DNA of 64,000 nucleotides, taken from positions 3,002-67,001 of the forward strand of contig JACPOR010000036.1 in assembly GCA_016191425.1 (NCBI GenBank). The letters run 5' to 3'. Below are positions 53,996 through 62,526 of the stretch, one piece after another (position 1 is the stretch's first letter; each line of letters starts with the position of its first letter). A model generated the notes under the pieces. The model was given only the letters and a program-made list of their open reading frames with translations, searched no databases and had not been told where the DNA came from. A program made the translations under genes and the position numbers. The DNA comes from Chloroflexota bacterium (GTDB lineage: Bacteria; Chloroflexota; Limnocylindria; Limnocylindrales; CSP1-4).

Positions 53996-54115
53996 CGGCG
54001 CAACGCTCAGGCGCGGCCCGGCGCAACGCTCAGGCGCGGCCCGGCGCAACGCTCAGGCGCGGCCCGGCGCAACGCTCAGGCGCGGCCCGGCGCAACGCCC
54101 AGGCGCGGCCCGCCG
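53996..54115. repeat. Tandem repeat, 23-bp unit CGGCGCAACGCTCAGGCGCGGCC x5.2
   Basis: Period measured directly: CAACGC at 54001, 54024, 54047, 54070 and 54093. Confidence 0.95.
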
Positions 54116-54314
54116 CACCCTCCCCGGAGCGATGCGTATCGCGGTCATACGAAGCAGGATCGTGTCCTCCTGACGTGCCGGCCAGCGCTCAAGGTGCATA
54201 CCAGCATCATTGCCATCGCCATCGCGCCGACAGACCTCGGTGCCAGACAATCCTGCTGTCGTCACCCGCCAACACGCGTCCTTCGTATGACGTCGACGCG
54301 CATCGCTCGAAAAA

Positions 54315-54400
54315 GGGGCCGTCGGGCTGGCGGGGCCGTCGGGCTGGCGGGGCCGTCGGGCTGGCGGGGCCTCGCGCTGGCGGGGCCTCGCGCTGGCGGG
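54315..54400. repeat. Tandem repeats, 17-bp GGGGCCGTCGGGCTGGC x3 then 16-bp GGGGCCTCGCGCTGGC x2
   Basis: Direct reading; the array ends 6 nt before the thrB stop. Confidence 0.95.
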
Positions 54401-54406
54401 GGCCGG

Positions 54407-55369
54407 TCAGTTCGAAGGCAGGACGACGGCCCCGCTGTTTCGCGGCTTGACGACCTCGACCCGGCCTGGCAGGTCGGTATCCGCAGCCGCAGCGCGAAAC
54501 GCGGCCTCGATCCGGGCCAGGCCTGAGACGGTGTCCGTGAAGGCGATGATCGAGGAGCCTGCCCCGCTGAGGCACGCCCCAATCGCCCCGGCCGCCCGCG
54601 CGTCGGCGACGAGCCGCGGCAGCTGCGGATAGGCCGCCGCGCGATACGGCTCGTGGAGCCGGTCCTCGGTCAGCAAGCGGAGCACGTCGGCACGACCGGT
54701 TGCCATGCCGGCGACACCGATGGCGACGCGGCCCAGGTTGGCGATGGCATCCGCGCGGGGCACCATTCGCGGCAGGACGCGGCGCATCTCGCTCGTCGCA
54801 AGGCGGACGTCGGGGATGAACACGACGGCCCGCACGCCCCGCGGGACGTCGAAACGGATCGCCTCCACGGCATCGCCGTCGGAGACGGTCGCCACGAAAC
54901 CCCCGAGCAGGGCCGGCGCGGCATTGTCCGGGTGGCCCTCGATCCGGGTTGCGAGTCGCAGCAGGTCGATCGGTGCGAGGACATCGCCGAGCAGGGCGTT
55001 CGCGGCGACCAGGCCCCCGACCGTCGCCGCGGCGCTCGACCCGAGGCCGCGGGCGAGCGGGATGCGGTTCATCATATCGACCCGCCAGGTGGCGCCCTTC
55101 GGCAGCTCGCCGTGGACCTCGATGATCGCGGCCTCCACGCCCTGGATGAACCGGTTGTCGGCGTTCGGCAGCAGCTCTCCTTCGCCCTCGCCCGTCACGC
55201 TGAGCTCATGGCTCGCCTTGTTCCAGCCCCGTACGTCGAGGACCACTCGGTTGGTCATGTCGAGGGCCATCCCGAGGCAGTCATAGCCTGCACCGAGGTT
55301 GGCGGTGGTCGCGGGAATCTCCACCGTCACTCGACGGCCGTCGATCTCGGCCAGCCAGTTCGTCGTCAT
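54407..55369 (-). CDS. thrB: Homoserine kinase
   Basis: PATTANLGAGYDCLG and GHMP motif PLARGLGSSAAA. Confidence 0.9.
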   Translation of the reverse strand: MTTNWLAEIDGRRVTVEIPATTANLGAGYDCLGMALDMTNRVVLDVRGWNKASHELSVTGEGEGELLPNADNRFIQGVEAAIIEVHGELPKGATWRVDMMNRIPLARGLGSSAAATVGGLVAANALLGDVLAPIDLLRLATRIEGHPDNAAPALLGGFVATVSDGDAVEAIRFDVPRGVRAVVFIPDVRLATSEMRRVLPRMVPRADAIANLGRVAIGVAGMATGRADVLRLLTEDRLHEPYRAAAYPQLPRLVADARAAGAIGACLSGAGSSIIAFTDTVSGLARIEAAFRAAAADTDLPGRVEVVKPRNSGAVVLPSN

Positions 55370-55391
55370 TGGCGGACCGGACGCATCCCAA

Positions 55392-56462
55392 TTACCACCC
55401 GAGCGCCGCCCGAACGGCGTCCATCGTCGCTCGCGATTCGATGATCCGGTCGCCCGCCGATCGCTCCGCCGTGTTCGGATCCTTCAGCCCGTTCCCCGTC
55501 AGGACGGCAACCACGAGCGCGTCTGGTTCGATCTCGCCGGCCGCCGCCATCCGACGGACACCGGCAATGCTCGCGGCGGACGACGGCTCGCAGAAGATGC
55601 CCTCGCTCCGGGCGAGGTCCTGATACGCGGCGATGATCTCGTCATCGGTCACGGCATCGATCGTGCCGCCCGATTCGTCCCGGGCCGCGGTGGCCAGCGA
55701 CCAGGAGGCCGGGTTCCCGATCCGGATCGCACTCGCGATGGTCTCCGGGTGATCGACCCGATGCCCGAGCACGATCGGCGCGGCCCCGGCTGCCTGGAAA
55801 CCGATCATCCGCGGCCGCTGCTCCACCACGCCCGCCATCGCGTATTCGGTGAACCCTGCCCAGTAGGCGCAGATGTTGCCGGCGTTACCCACCGGGATCG
55901 CCAGGAAGTCGGGTGCCCGCCCGAGGTCGTCGCAGATCTCGAACGCGGCCGTCTTCTGGCCGGCGATTCGATGCGGGTTGACCGAGTTCACGAGCGTGGT
56001 CGGGTGGTCGTCGTCCGCCGCCATCTCCCGAACGACGGCGAGGGCCTCGTCGAAGTTGCCGTCGACGGCCACGACGCGGGCACCCGCCATCAGGGCCTGG
56101 AGCAGCTTGCCGACCGCGATCGCGCCCTTTGGCAGGACCACGACGACCTCCAGGCCCGAGGCGGCGCCATACGCGGCCGCCGACGCCGAGGTGTTGCCGG
56201 TGGACGCACAGATCACCGATTGTGCTCCAGCCTCGATGGCCTTGGCGACCGCCACGACCATGCCGCGGTCCTTGAAGGATCCGGTCGGGTTCATGCCTTC
56301 GACCTTGACGTGGAGGTTCCGAAGGCCCATCTGTGCACCGAGACGCCGCACATGGACCAATGGGGTCCCGCCTTCGCCAAGCGAGAGGGCGGGGGTGGCT
56401 GCGGTCAGCGGGAGCCAGGACCCGTATCGCGCGAGCAGGCCTCGCCCGACCGTGCCGTCCAT
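55392..56462 (-). CDS. thrC: Threonine synthase
   Basis: Trimmed to ATG 56462, which overlaps the hom stop by 1 nt. [13 protein letters not shown] (PLP lysine) and [10 protein letters not shown]. Confidence 0.9.
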   Translation of the reverse strand: MDGTVGRGLLARYGSWLPLTAATPALSLGEGGTPLVHVRRLGAQMGLRNLHVKVEGMNPTGSFKDRGMVVAVAKAIEAGAQSVICASTGNTSASAAAYGAASGLEVVVVLPKGAIAVGKLLQALMAGARVVAVDGNFDEALAVVREMAADDDHPTTLVNSVNPHRIAGQKTAAFEICDDLGRAPDFLAIPVGNAGNICAYWAGFTEYAMAGVVEQRPRMIGFQAAGAAPIVLGHRVDHPETIASAIRIGNPASWSLATAARDESGGTIDAVTDDEIIAAYQDLARSEGIFCEPSSAASIAGVRRMAAAGEIEPDALVVAVLTGNGLKDPNTAERSAGDRIIESRATMDAVRAALGW

Positions 56463-57562
56463 CAGCGGATCACCGGGTAGGCCGTGCCGGACGGGCCGAT
56501 GAACGCTTCGACGGGCGATGGCGCAATCGCCGCCTTGTGGCTTGCGGCAGCGGACCGGCCAGCCCAGGTGCTGCCGCCCTGCCGCCCGACGGCCATGAGG
56601 TCCGCGAGCACGGCCGAAGATGTCGCGGCACCGCCCGCTCCATGCCCGCTGAAGGCGACCGACCCGATGGGCGTGCCGTCGACCTCGATGCGGTTCAGGA
56701 CCCCGTCGGTCCGCCCGAGCGGCAGGTCGAGCGACACCGCAGAGGGAAGGACCGACGCCACGATTCCATCCGGGGTCCGATGGGCGGCAGCCACGAGCTT
56801 GATCGCCAGATTCTGGTCTGCGGCCGCCTCGATGTCGGGGAGCGAGACCCCGGTGATGCCGGGCAGGCCAGGGTCGGCCCCGGAGCGGCTCGGGGCACGC
56901 TGGATCGACGCGGGGTCGAGCCATTGCCCGAACGCAAGGCGAACGAGGATGACGAGCTTGTTCGCGGCGTCGTGACCCTCCACGTCGCCGCTCGGGTCGG
57001 CCTCCGCGTACCCGGCGACCTTGGCGTCGGCAAGCACGTCGGCGTAGGGCCGGCCATCGAAGCGCATCGCGGTCAGGATGAAGTTGGTGGTCCCGTTGAC
57101 GATGCCGCGAATCGCGTGGAGCTCGTTGGCGGCGAGATCCGCGGCAATCGGCCCAAGGACGGGAATGCCGCCGCCGACCGCGGCCTCGAAACGGAAGGGC
57201 GTGCCGTTCCGGCGCGCCGCCGCCTCGAGCTCGGCTCCGTGGTGAGCGATCACGTGCTTGTTTGCCGTCACGACGGGCTTCCCGGCCGCGAGGGCGACGG
57301 CGATGAGCGTTCGGGCCGGCTCGTCACCGCCCATCAGCTCGACGATCACGTCCGTATCCGGCGAAGCCACGAGGTGGGCGGGGGCGTCGGTGAGGAGAGC
57401 TTCGGGCATGCCTGCGGCCACGGCTCGCGCAATGTCCCGAACGGCGATGCCCGCGAGGACCATGGCCGGACCGTCGGCGGCGCGCAACGTGTCGGGCCTC
57501 TCCATGAGCGCCCTGATCACCTCTCGGCCCACGGACCCGGCGCCGAGGACGGCGACCCGCAT
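56462..57562 (-). CDS. hom: Homoserine dehydrogenase
   Basis: [15 protein letters not shown]..., [10 protein letters not shown] and [12 protein letters not shown]. Trimmed to ATG 57562. Confidence 0.9.
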   Translation of the reverse strand: MRVAVLGAGSVGREVIRALMERPDTLRAADGPAMVLAGIAVRDIARAVAAGMPEALLTDAPAHLVASPDTDVIVELMGGDEPARTLIAVALAAGKPVVTANKHVIAHHGAELEAAARRNGTPFRFEAAVGGGIPVLGPIAADLAANELHAIRGIVNGTTNFILTAMRFDGRPYADVLADAKVAGYAEADPSGDVEGHDAANKLVILVRLAFGQWLDPASIQRAPSRSGADPGLPGITGVSLPDIEAAADQNLAIKLVAAAHRTPDGIVASVLPSAVSLDLPLGRTDGVLNRIEVDGTPIGSVAFSGHGAGGAATSSAVLADLMAVGRQGGSTWAGRSAAASHKAAIAPSPVEAFIGPSGTAYPVIR

Positions 57563-57797
57563 GGGGGGATTCACGGGCGTCTTGAGTGGGACGGAGGTCT
57601 CATCCCGCCCATGGTACCGGGCGGCCGGTCTCGGCTCTGCGACCTCGCGGATCCGGGGCCTCGCGGTTACGCGACCTCTCCGTTGCGTGGCCCGACCACC
57701 CGGGGCGGTCCGACCACCCGCGGCGGCTGGGACGAAGCCAGGGGCCACGAGCGCGACGGCCGACCGGCTCCATGACGTCGGCTACACTCGGCCGACG

Positions 57798-58787
57798 ATG
57801 ACCAACCCCTCGCCGACCGTCGCGCGCACCTTCAGCGGCATCCAGCCGTCCGGGGCACCCCATATCGGCAACGACCTCGGGGCGATCCGGAACTACGTCC
57901 GACTCCAGGACGAGTTCGAGGCGATCTACTGCATCGTCGACTACCACGCCCTGACGAGCACCCACGATCCGGATCGCATGCGCCGACAGACCCGCGAGAT
58001 GGCCGCCGCGCTGCTCGCCCTGGGCCTCGATCCCGACCGCTGCACCTTGTTCGTCCAGAGCCACCGGCCCGAGCACACGGAACTGGCCTGGCTGCTGACG
58101 ACGGTGACGCCGGTCAGTTGGCTCGAGCGCACGCCGACCTACAAGGAGAAGAGGCTCAACCAGCCCGACGACATCAATCACGGCCTGTTGACCTATCCGG
58201 TGCTGCAGGCCGCCGACATCGTCATGTACAAGGCAACGACCGTACCGGTGGGCAAGGATCAGGCGGCTCACCTGGAGCTGTCGCGCGAGATCGTGCGCGC
58301 GTTCAACAATCGCTACGGTCCAACGTTCCCGGAACCACAGGCCGTCTTCACGGAGGCACCCGTGGTGCTCGGCACGGACGGCGTCCGGAAGATGTCCAAG
58401 TCGCTCAACAACACCATCGAGATCTTTGCTCCGGAAGAAGAGATCCGTCGGCAGGTGATGTCGATGGTCACCGACACCCAGCGGATCCTGCGAACCGATC
58501 CGGGTCGGCCCGAGGTCTGCAACGTCTGTCAGCTCCAGCGCTTCTTCGGGACCGACTACCTGCAGCTCTGGGACGGCGAGCGCACCGCGCGGACCGGCTG
58601 TGTGGACATGAAGCGGCTCCTCGCCGACCGGATCATTCGCCACTACGCCGAGGCCCGGGAACGGTATGCCGAGCTGATGGCGCACCCGGGTCGGGTCGAC
58701 GGGATCCTGGAGGCCGGGGCGGATCGCCTGAGGCCCATGGCGGCCGCGACGATGACCGAGGTTCGCGAGAAGATGGGACTCCGCTAG
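57798..58787 (+). CDS. trpS: Tryptophan--tRNA ligase
   Basis: FSGIQPSGAPHIGN (HIGH-like) and KMSKS. ATG 57798 is preceded by TACACT 9 nt upstream. Confidence 0.9.
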   Translation: MTNPSPTVARTFSGIQPSGAPHIGNDLGAIRNYVRLQDEFEAIYCIVDYHALTSTHDPDRMRRQTREMAAALLALGLDPDRCTLFVQSHRPEHTELAWLLTTVTPVSWLERTPTYKEKRLNQPDDINHGLLTYPVLQAADIVMYKATTVPVGKDQAAHLELSREIVRAFNNRYGPTFPEPQAVFTEAPVVLGTDGVRKMSKSLNNTIEIFAPEEEIRRQVMSMVTDTQRILRTDPGRPEVCNVCQLQRFFGTDYLQLWDGERTARTGCVDMKRLLADRIIRHYAEARERYAELMAHPGRVDGILEAGADRLRPMAAATMTEVREKMGLR

Positions 58788-58817
58788 GCCGGAACCGAAA
58801 CGAGGGAGGCGGGCGCC

Positions 58818-60107
58818 TTGAGCTTTGAGCTGACGCCGCGCGAGCGTCGCTGGATGAACATCGTGCTCATCCTGGCGGCGATTGCCCTGGCCTTCGTGGT
58901 CCTCGGGTTCCTGGCCAACCTCCTCGCCGCCTTCGGCGACATCATCCTCGTCTTCTTCCTTGCCTGGCTCCTCGCGTTCATCCTCACCCCGATCATCACG
59001 CGGGTTGCCTCGATATCGCACATGAACCGGGCCGGGGCCGTCGTCGTCGTGTACGTCGTGCTGTTCGGTGGCCTCGTCTTCCTCGTCATCGCGGTCGCCG
59101 GTGCCATCGCGGGTTCCATCACCGACTTCATCGCCAGCGTGCCAACCCTGCGGAACGACCTGCCGACGATCGTCGCGCCGTGGCAGGAGCGGCTCAACGG
59201 GCTCGGGCTGAAGGATGTGAACCTGACCGCCCAGGCGGGGGTCTTCCTCGACAACCTCAATCGCTACGCCGCCCAGCTGGCCGGTCCTCTCCAGCAGGTC
59301 GCCGTCGCCAGCCTCAGCGCCATCGCCAACCTGCTGCTGATCCTGATCCTGTCGCTGTACATGGTCGCGGATCGCGATCGCCTCCTGGCTTCGGCCTTCC
59401 GCCTGGCGCCGCGGCAGTACGCGCAGGAGGCGCGCCTGCTCGAGCAGAGCGTGGCCCGATCCTTCGGCGGATTCCTGCGAGGCCAGGCGATCATGGGCGT
59501 CATCTATACCGCTGTCGCCCTGATCGCGAGCGTGGTCTTCGGCCTCGATTACGCGGCTGCGACGGCCTCGGCGGCCGGCCTCCTGATGGCGATCCACTTC
59601 TTCGGACCGTTCCTCGCCTGGGCGCCGCCGGTCCTCGTGGCGCTCGCGACGAAGCCCGACGCGATGCTCGGCGTCCTCATCGTCATGGCGGCTGGCTGGT
59701 TGGCGGTCATGAACGTGCTGCAGCCGCGCCTGATGGCCCAGGCGCTCCGGATTCACCCCATCGTCGTCCTGGGATCCGTGCTCATCGGCGGCAAGATCGC
59801 CGGGATCAGCGGCGCGATCTTCGGCATCCCGATTGCCGCGGTCCTGTCCGCGTTCTTCTTCCACTGGTTGGGCCAGAGCGTCGACTCCGGGCCGGTTGCC
59901 ACCCGTGCCGCGCTGCGCCTTGGGCGTCGCGAGGGTCGGTCGGTCAGGGTTCCGCGCGAGCCCGACCCGGCGACCGACACCGATGTGGAGTCCGGGGCGG
60001 ATGTCCTTGCCGATGAGCCGGACGTCCTTGCCGATGAGGCGGATGTCCTCGCCGACCATCCGGCCCCCGATCCGGCCCCGGGTCCGGCCCCCGGTCCGGG
60101 CGTCTAA
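58818..60107 (+). CDS. AI-2E family transporter (PerM/UPF0118)
   Basis: TTG start after GGGAGG. Polytopic. The C-terminal tail has the 24-bp in-frame repeats DVLADEPDVLADEADVLAD. Confidence 0.8.
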   Translation: MSFELTPRERRWMNIVLILAAIALAFVVLGFLANLLAAFGDIILVFFLAWLLAFILTPIITRVASISHMNRAGAVVVVYVVLFGGLVFLVIAVAGAIAGSITDFIASVPTLRNDLPTIVAPWQERLNGLGLKDVNLTAQAGVFLDNLNRYAAQLAGPLQQVAVASLSAIANLLLILILSLYMVADRDRLLASAFRLAPRQYAQEARLLEQSVARSFGGFLRGQAIMGVIYTAVALIASVVFGLDYAAATASAAGLLMAIHFFGPFLAWAPPVLVALATKPDAMLGVLIVMAAGWLAVMNVLQPRLMAQALRIHPIVVLGSVLIGGKIAGISGAIFGIPIAAVLSAFFFHWLGQSVDSGPVATRAALRLGRREGRSVRVPREPDPATDTDVESGADVLADEPDVLADEADVLADHPAPDPAPGPAPGPGV

Positions 60108-60118
60108 TCCGACTCAGG

Positions 60119-60256
60119 CCTGGGCCAACCCCGGCTCAACTGGCAGTTGGCACTCGGCAACGAGCGTGCACGTCCGGTGTGCAGGATCGACATGATCCCG
60201 TCGATTGAGCAGGGCGGGCACGCTCCCTCGTCGGGAATCGGGAACTCACGGTTGAC
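60119..60256 (+). mobile_element. MITE-like hairpin element, full copy (138 bp)
   Basis: Same length as the 62389-62526 copy and, from visual alignment, highly similar to it. Imperfect terminal inverted repeats TCAACTGGCAGTT / AACTCACGGTTGA. Stems GAGCGTGC/GCACGCTC and ATCGAC-N8-GTCGAT. Confidence 0.65.
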
Positions 60257-60400
60257 GGCCGGGCGGATCCGGCCTGGTGCAATGCCAGGCCGGCCTGGCG
60301 GCAATGCCTGGCCGGCCTGTCGGCAATGTGCCTGTCCGACCGGGCGGATCCGGCCTGGCGGGCCTGCCTGGCCGGCCTGGCGGGCCCGCCGGGCGACCTG
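60257..60400. repeat. Imperfect tandem repeats built on GGGCGGATCCGGCCTGG and GCAATGCCWGGCCGGCCTG
   Basis: Direct reading. A related GGGCGG(GG)ATCCGGGCC array follows the partial element copy at 62315-62360. Confidence 0.75.
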
Positions 60401-60424
60401 TAGGTGACTACCCGATCTCAGTCA

Positions 60425-62067
60425 CTACCTGATCACGTCATCGGCACGATCCTCCTGGAGCGCCGCGTCACCAGCGACGACGAGAGCCGCCAGGTAGGCC
60501 CGCCTGCCCTCGGTCGAGAGCCGATCGGGGCCACCTGAATCGGCGACCAGTGATCGCGCGCTGGCCAGTCCGCGAGCGGCTGTTCGGGCGCCCGCGGCTG
60601 TCTCGTGGTCGAGCCAGAGCTCGACTTCGGCCTGAAGCGCGTCGAGTTCAACCGAGATTGCACCTCTGACGAAGCGGCCTCGCGGGCCCGCCCGAGATGC
60701 ATATGCGCAGTAGACGGCCTTCCGAGGCGATACGCGGCTCGGGCCGCCTCGAGCTCGGCAACCTGACGATCCCGTGGATCCATCGAGTTCTCGCCGACCG
60801 CCGCCCAGCGTCGCTCCGCAAGCTCCTGCTCGCCGAGCACGGCGGCAAGTTCCCCGAGGCTTCGGTCGAGGCGAACCTGGTCAGGGTCGCCGAGGTCGAG
60901 GCCGTCGCTGATCGAACCAAGCAGACGGAGGTCGTCGCTGCCGCGAAGGCGCCTTCGAGGAGACGACAGCAGCCGCATCGCGATCGCGGTGCTCGGCGAT
61001 CCCGCTGCCAGGTGGCGATCGAGGGATTCGCGAAGCATCGACAGGTCGTCACCCGCGGCAGCTTCGATGCACCTTGCGAGCCGGGCGTGAAGGCGCCGTT
61101 TCGTCGGCACCGGAAGCGCCACAGTCGCGGCTTCGCGGATCAAGTCGTGGGCGACGAGCGTTGCTCCCGCGACGCCAAGAGCGAGGCCTCGAGATACGAG
61201 CTCGAGCGACGCCTGGACAACTCGACCTGCTTCCCAGCCCAGGATTCCCGCCGTTTCGTCGTCGTCGAAGGGCCGAGCACCAATCGCGAGAACCGCCAAG
61301 AGGGCTCCTGCGTCCGAGCTGAGATCCCGAAGCCGCTCGATGGTCACGCTCGATGGTTCGGCACTCGCCCGGCCGCGGGCGAGTGTCTCTATCCAGAAGG
61401 GCGAGCCGCCGGCTCGGCGCCAAAGGTCGCTTGCAACCGCGCCATCGAGCTCCTGGTCGATCGATTGGGCGAGTCGGCGACCGTCGTCGAGAGAGAGCGG
61501 ACCGAGATCGATGATCGCCCGGCGCTCGGCTGGCACATCCGTCTCGATGCCGCCGCGAATTGCCGCCGCAGCGGGCGATGGCCGAGAGAAGGCGACGAGC
61601 GCCGTGGACTGACGTGCCGACGCGGCCGCGTGGAGAACCTATTGGATGAGGGCGAGCGATCGCTCATCCACCCACTGGAGATCATCGATTGCAATGAGGA
61701 CCGGACCCTGGGATGCAAGAGCCCGATGGGCCGCTTCGAAGATGCGGAGTGGGTCACGATCTTCCGTTGCGTGTCCCCGAAACACGAGCCGATCGAGGAT
61801 CGCTCCATCACCTGGCACTTTTGCCAGGTGGCGGAGCAGTGCTCCCGCGGCGGCTAGCGGCACGGACTGCATGGGCTCGAAACCGACCACCCGGATACTG
61901 ATGGCCAGCGCTTCCCTGGCGATCAGCTCACGCAGCAGGCGGCTCTTTCCACTGCCAGGCTCGCCCACGACCAACGCGGCAGTCGGCACTCGCAGGGAGC
62001 TTGCACCCCGAACGATCGAGATGAGAACTCCGAGTTCACTCTGCCGACCGACGAAGGGGACGCTCAT
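60425..62067 (-). pseudogene. STAND/AAA+ ATPase of the LuxR-type large-regulator family, inactivated by an in-frame TAG and a probable 3' frameshift; no HTH domain
   Basis: Walker A VVGEPGSGKS and Walker B LIAIDDLQWVD. Track ORFs 61639..62514 and 60433..61536 are in the same frame, separated only by the TAG at 61639-61641. The tail after ~60690 reads better in another frame, which stops at 60425. GC3 is lower than in neighbouring genes. Confidence 0.7.
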
Positions 62068-62117
62068 CGCCGCCGAAGCGTAATCCTCCCCGGCAGCGGC
62101 GGCCACGCTGCCTACCT

Positions 62118-62263
62118 TTACCGGCGCCGCTTCCTCGCGTCCGACAGGATCTCCCGCGCGGCGTTCTGGCCGGGACCGCCGGTGATCCCGCCCCCCGGTG
62201 GGCGCCGGAGCCGCACAGGTAGAGCCCTTCGAGCCCACCGATCCGGTAACGTCCGTGGCCGAG
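62118..62263 (-). pseudogene. Detached 3' remnant of the phytoene-desaturase-family oxidoreductase, with a 1-nt deletion
   Basis: Hand translation gives ...GLEGLYLCGSGAH then, after a frameshift in the CC/GGGGGG run, PGGGITGGPGQNAAREILSDARKRRR*. This is the typical C-terminal FAD-binding end of this family. Confidence 0.7.
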
Positions 62264-62270
62264 GAGCGTT

Positions 62271-62314
62271 CACGCTCCCTCGTCGGGAATCGCCAACTCA
62301 CGGTTGAAGGACCG
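62271..62314 (+). mobile_element. Partial (3' ~45 bp) copy of the MITE-like element
   Basis: CACGCTCCCTCGTCGGGAATCGCCAACTCACGGTTGAAGG matches the 3' part of the 60119 copy. Confidence 0.6.
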
Positions 62315-62388
62315 GGCGGGGGGATCCGGGCCGGGCGGGGGGATCCGGGCCTGGCGGGCGTCCAGCCCTGTTCCAGCCATGCTCCAGC

Positions 62389-62526
62389 CCTGGGCCAACC
62401 CCGGCTCAACTGGCAGTTGGCACTCGGCAATGAACGAGCACGTCCGATGTGCAGGATCGACATGAACCCGTCGATTGGGCAGGGCTGGCACGCTCCTTCA
62501 TCGAGAATCGCCAACTCATGGTTGAC
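62389..62526 (+). mobile_element. MITE-like hairpin element, full copy (138 bp), inserted into the oxidoreductase gene
   Basis: Collinear with 60119-60256. The last ~40 codons of track ORF 62406..63935 are translated from this element. Confidence 0.65.

Noticed and set aside
53996-54115. Possible CRISPR array (regular 23-bp repeats; likewise the 15-, 17-, 20- and 36-bp arrays elsewhere)
   Set aside because: The units are directly head-to-tail with no unique spacers, they are shorter than typical CRISPR repeats, and no cas genes are present.
57600-57797. T-box leader upstream of trpS (CCATGGTACCGGGCGG resembles GGUGGUACCGCG)
   Set aside because: The match is weak and lies at the wrong (5') end of the gap, with no specifier or antiterminator architecture visible. 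A -10 box 9 nt from the ATG argues for a leaderless transcript.
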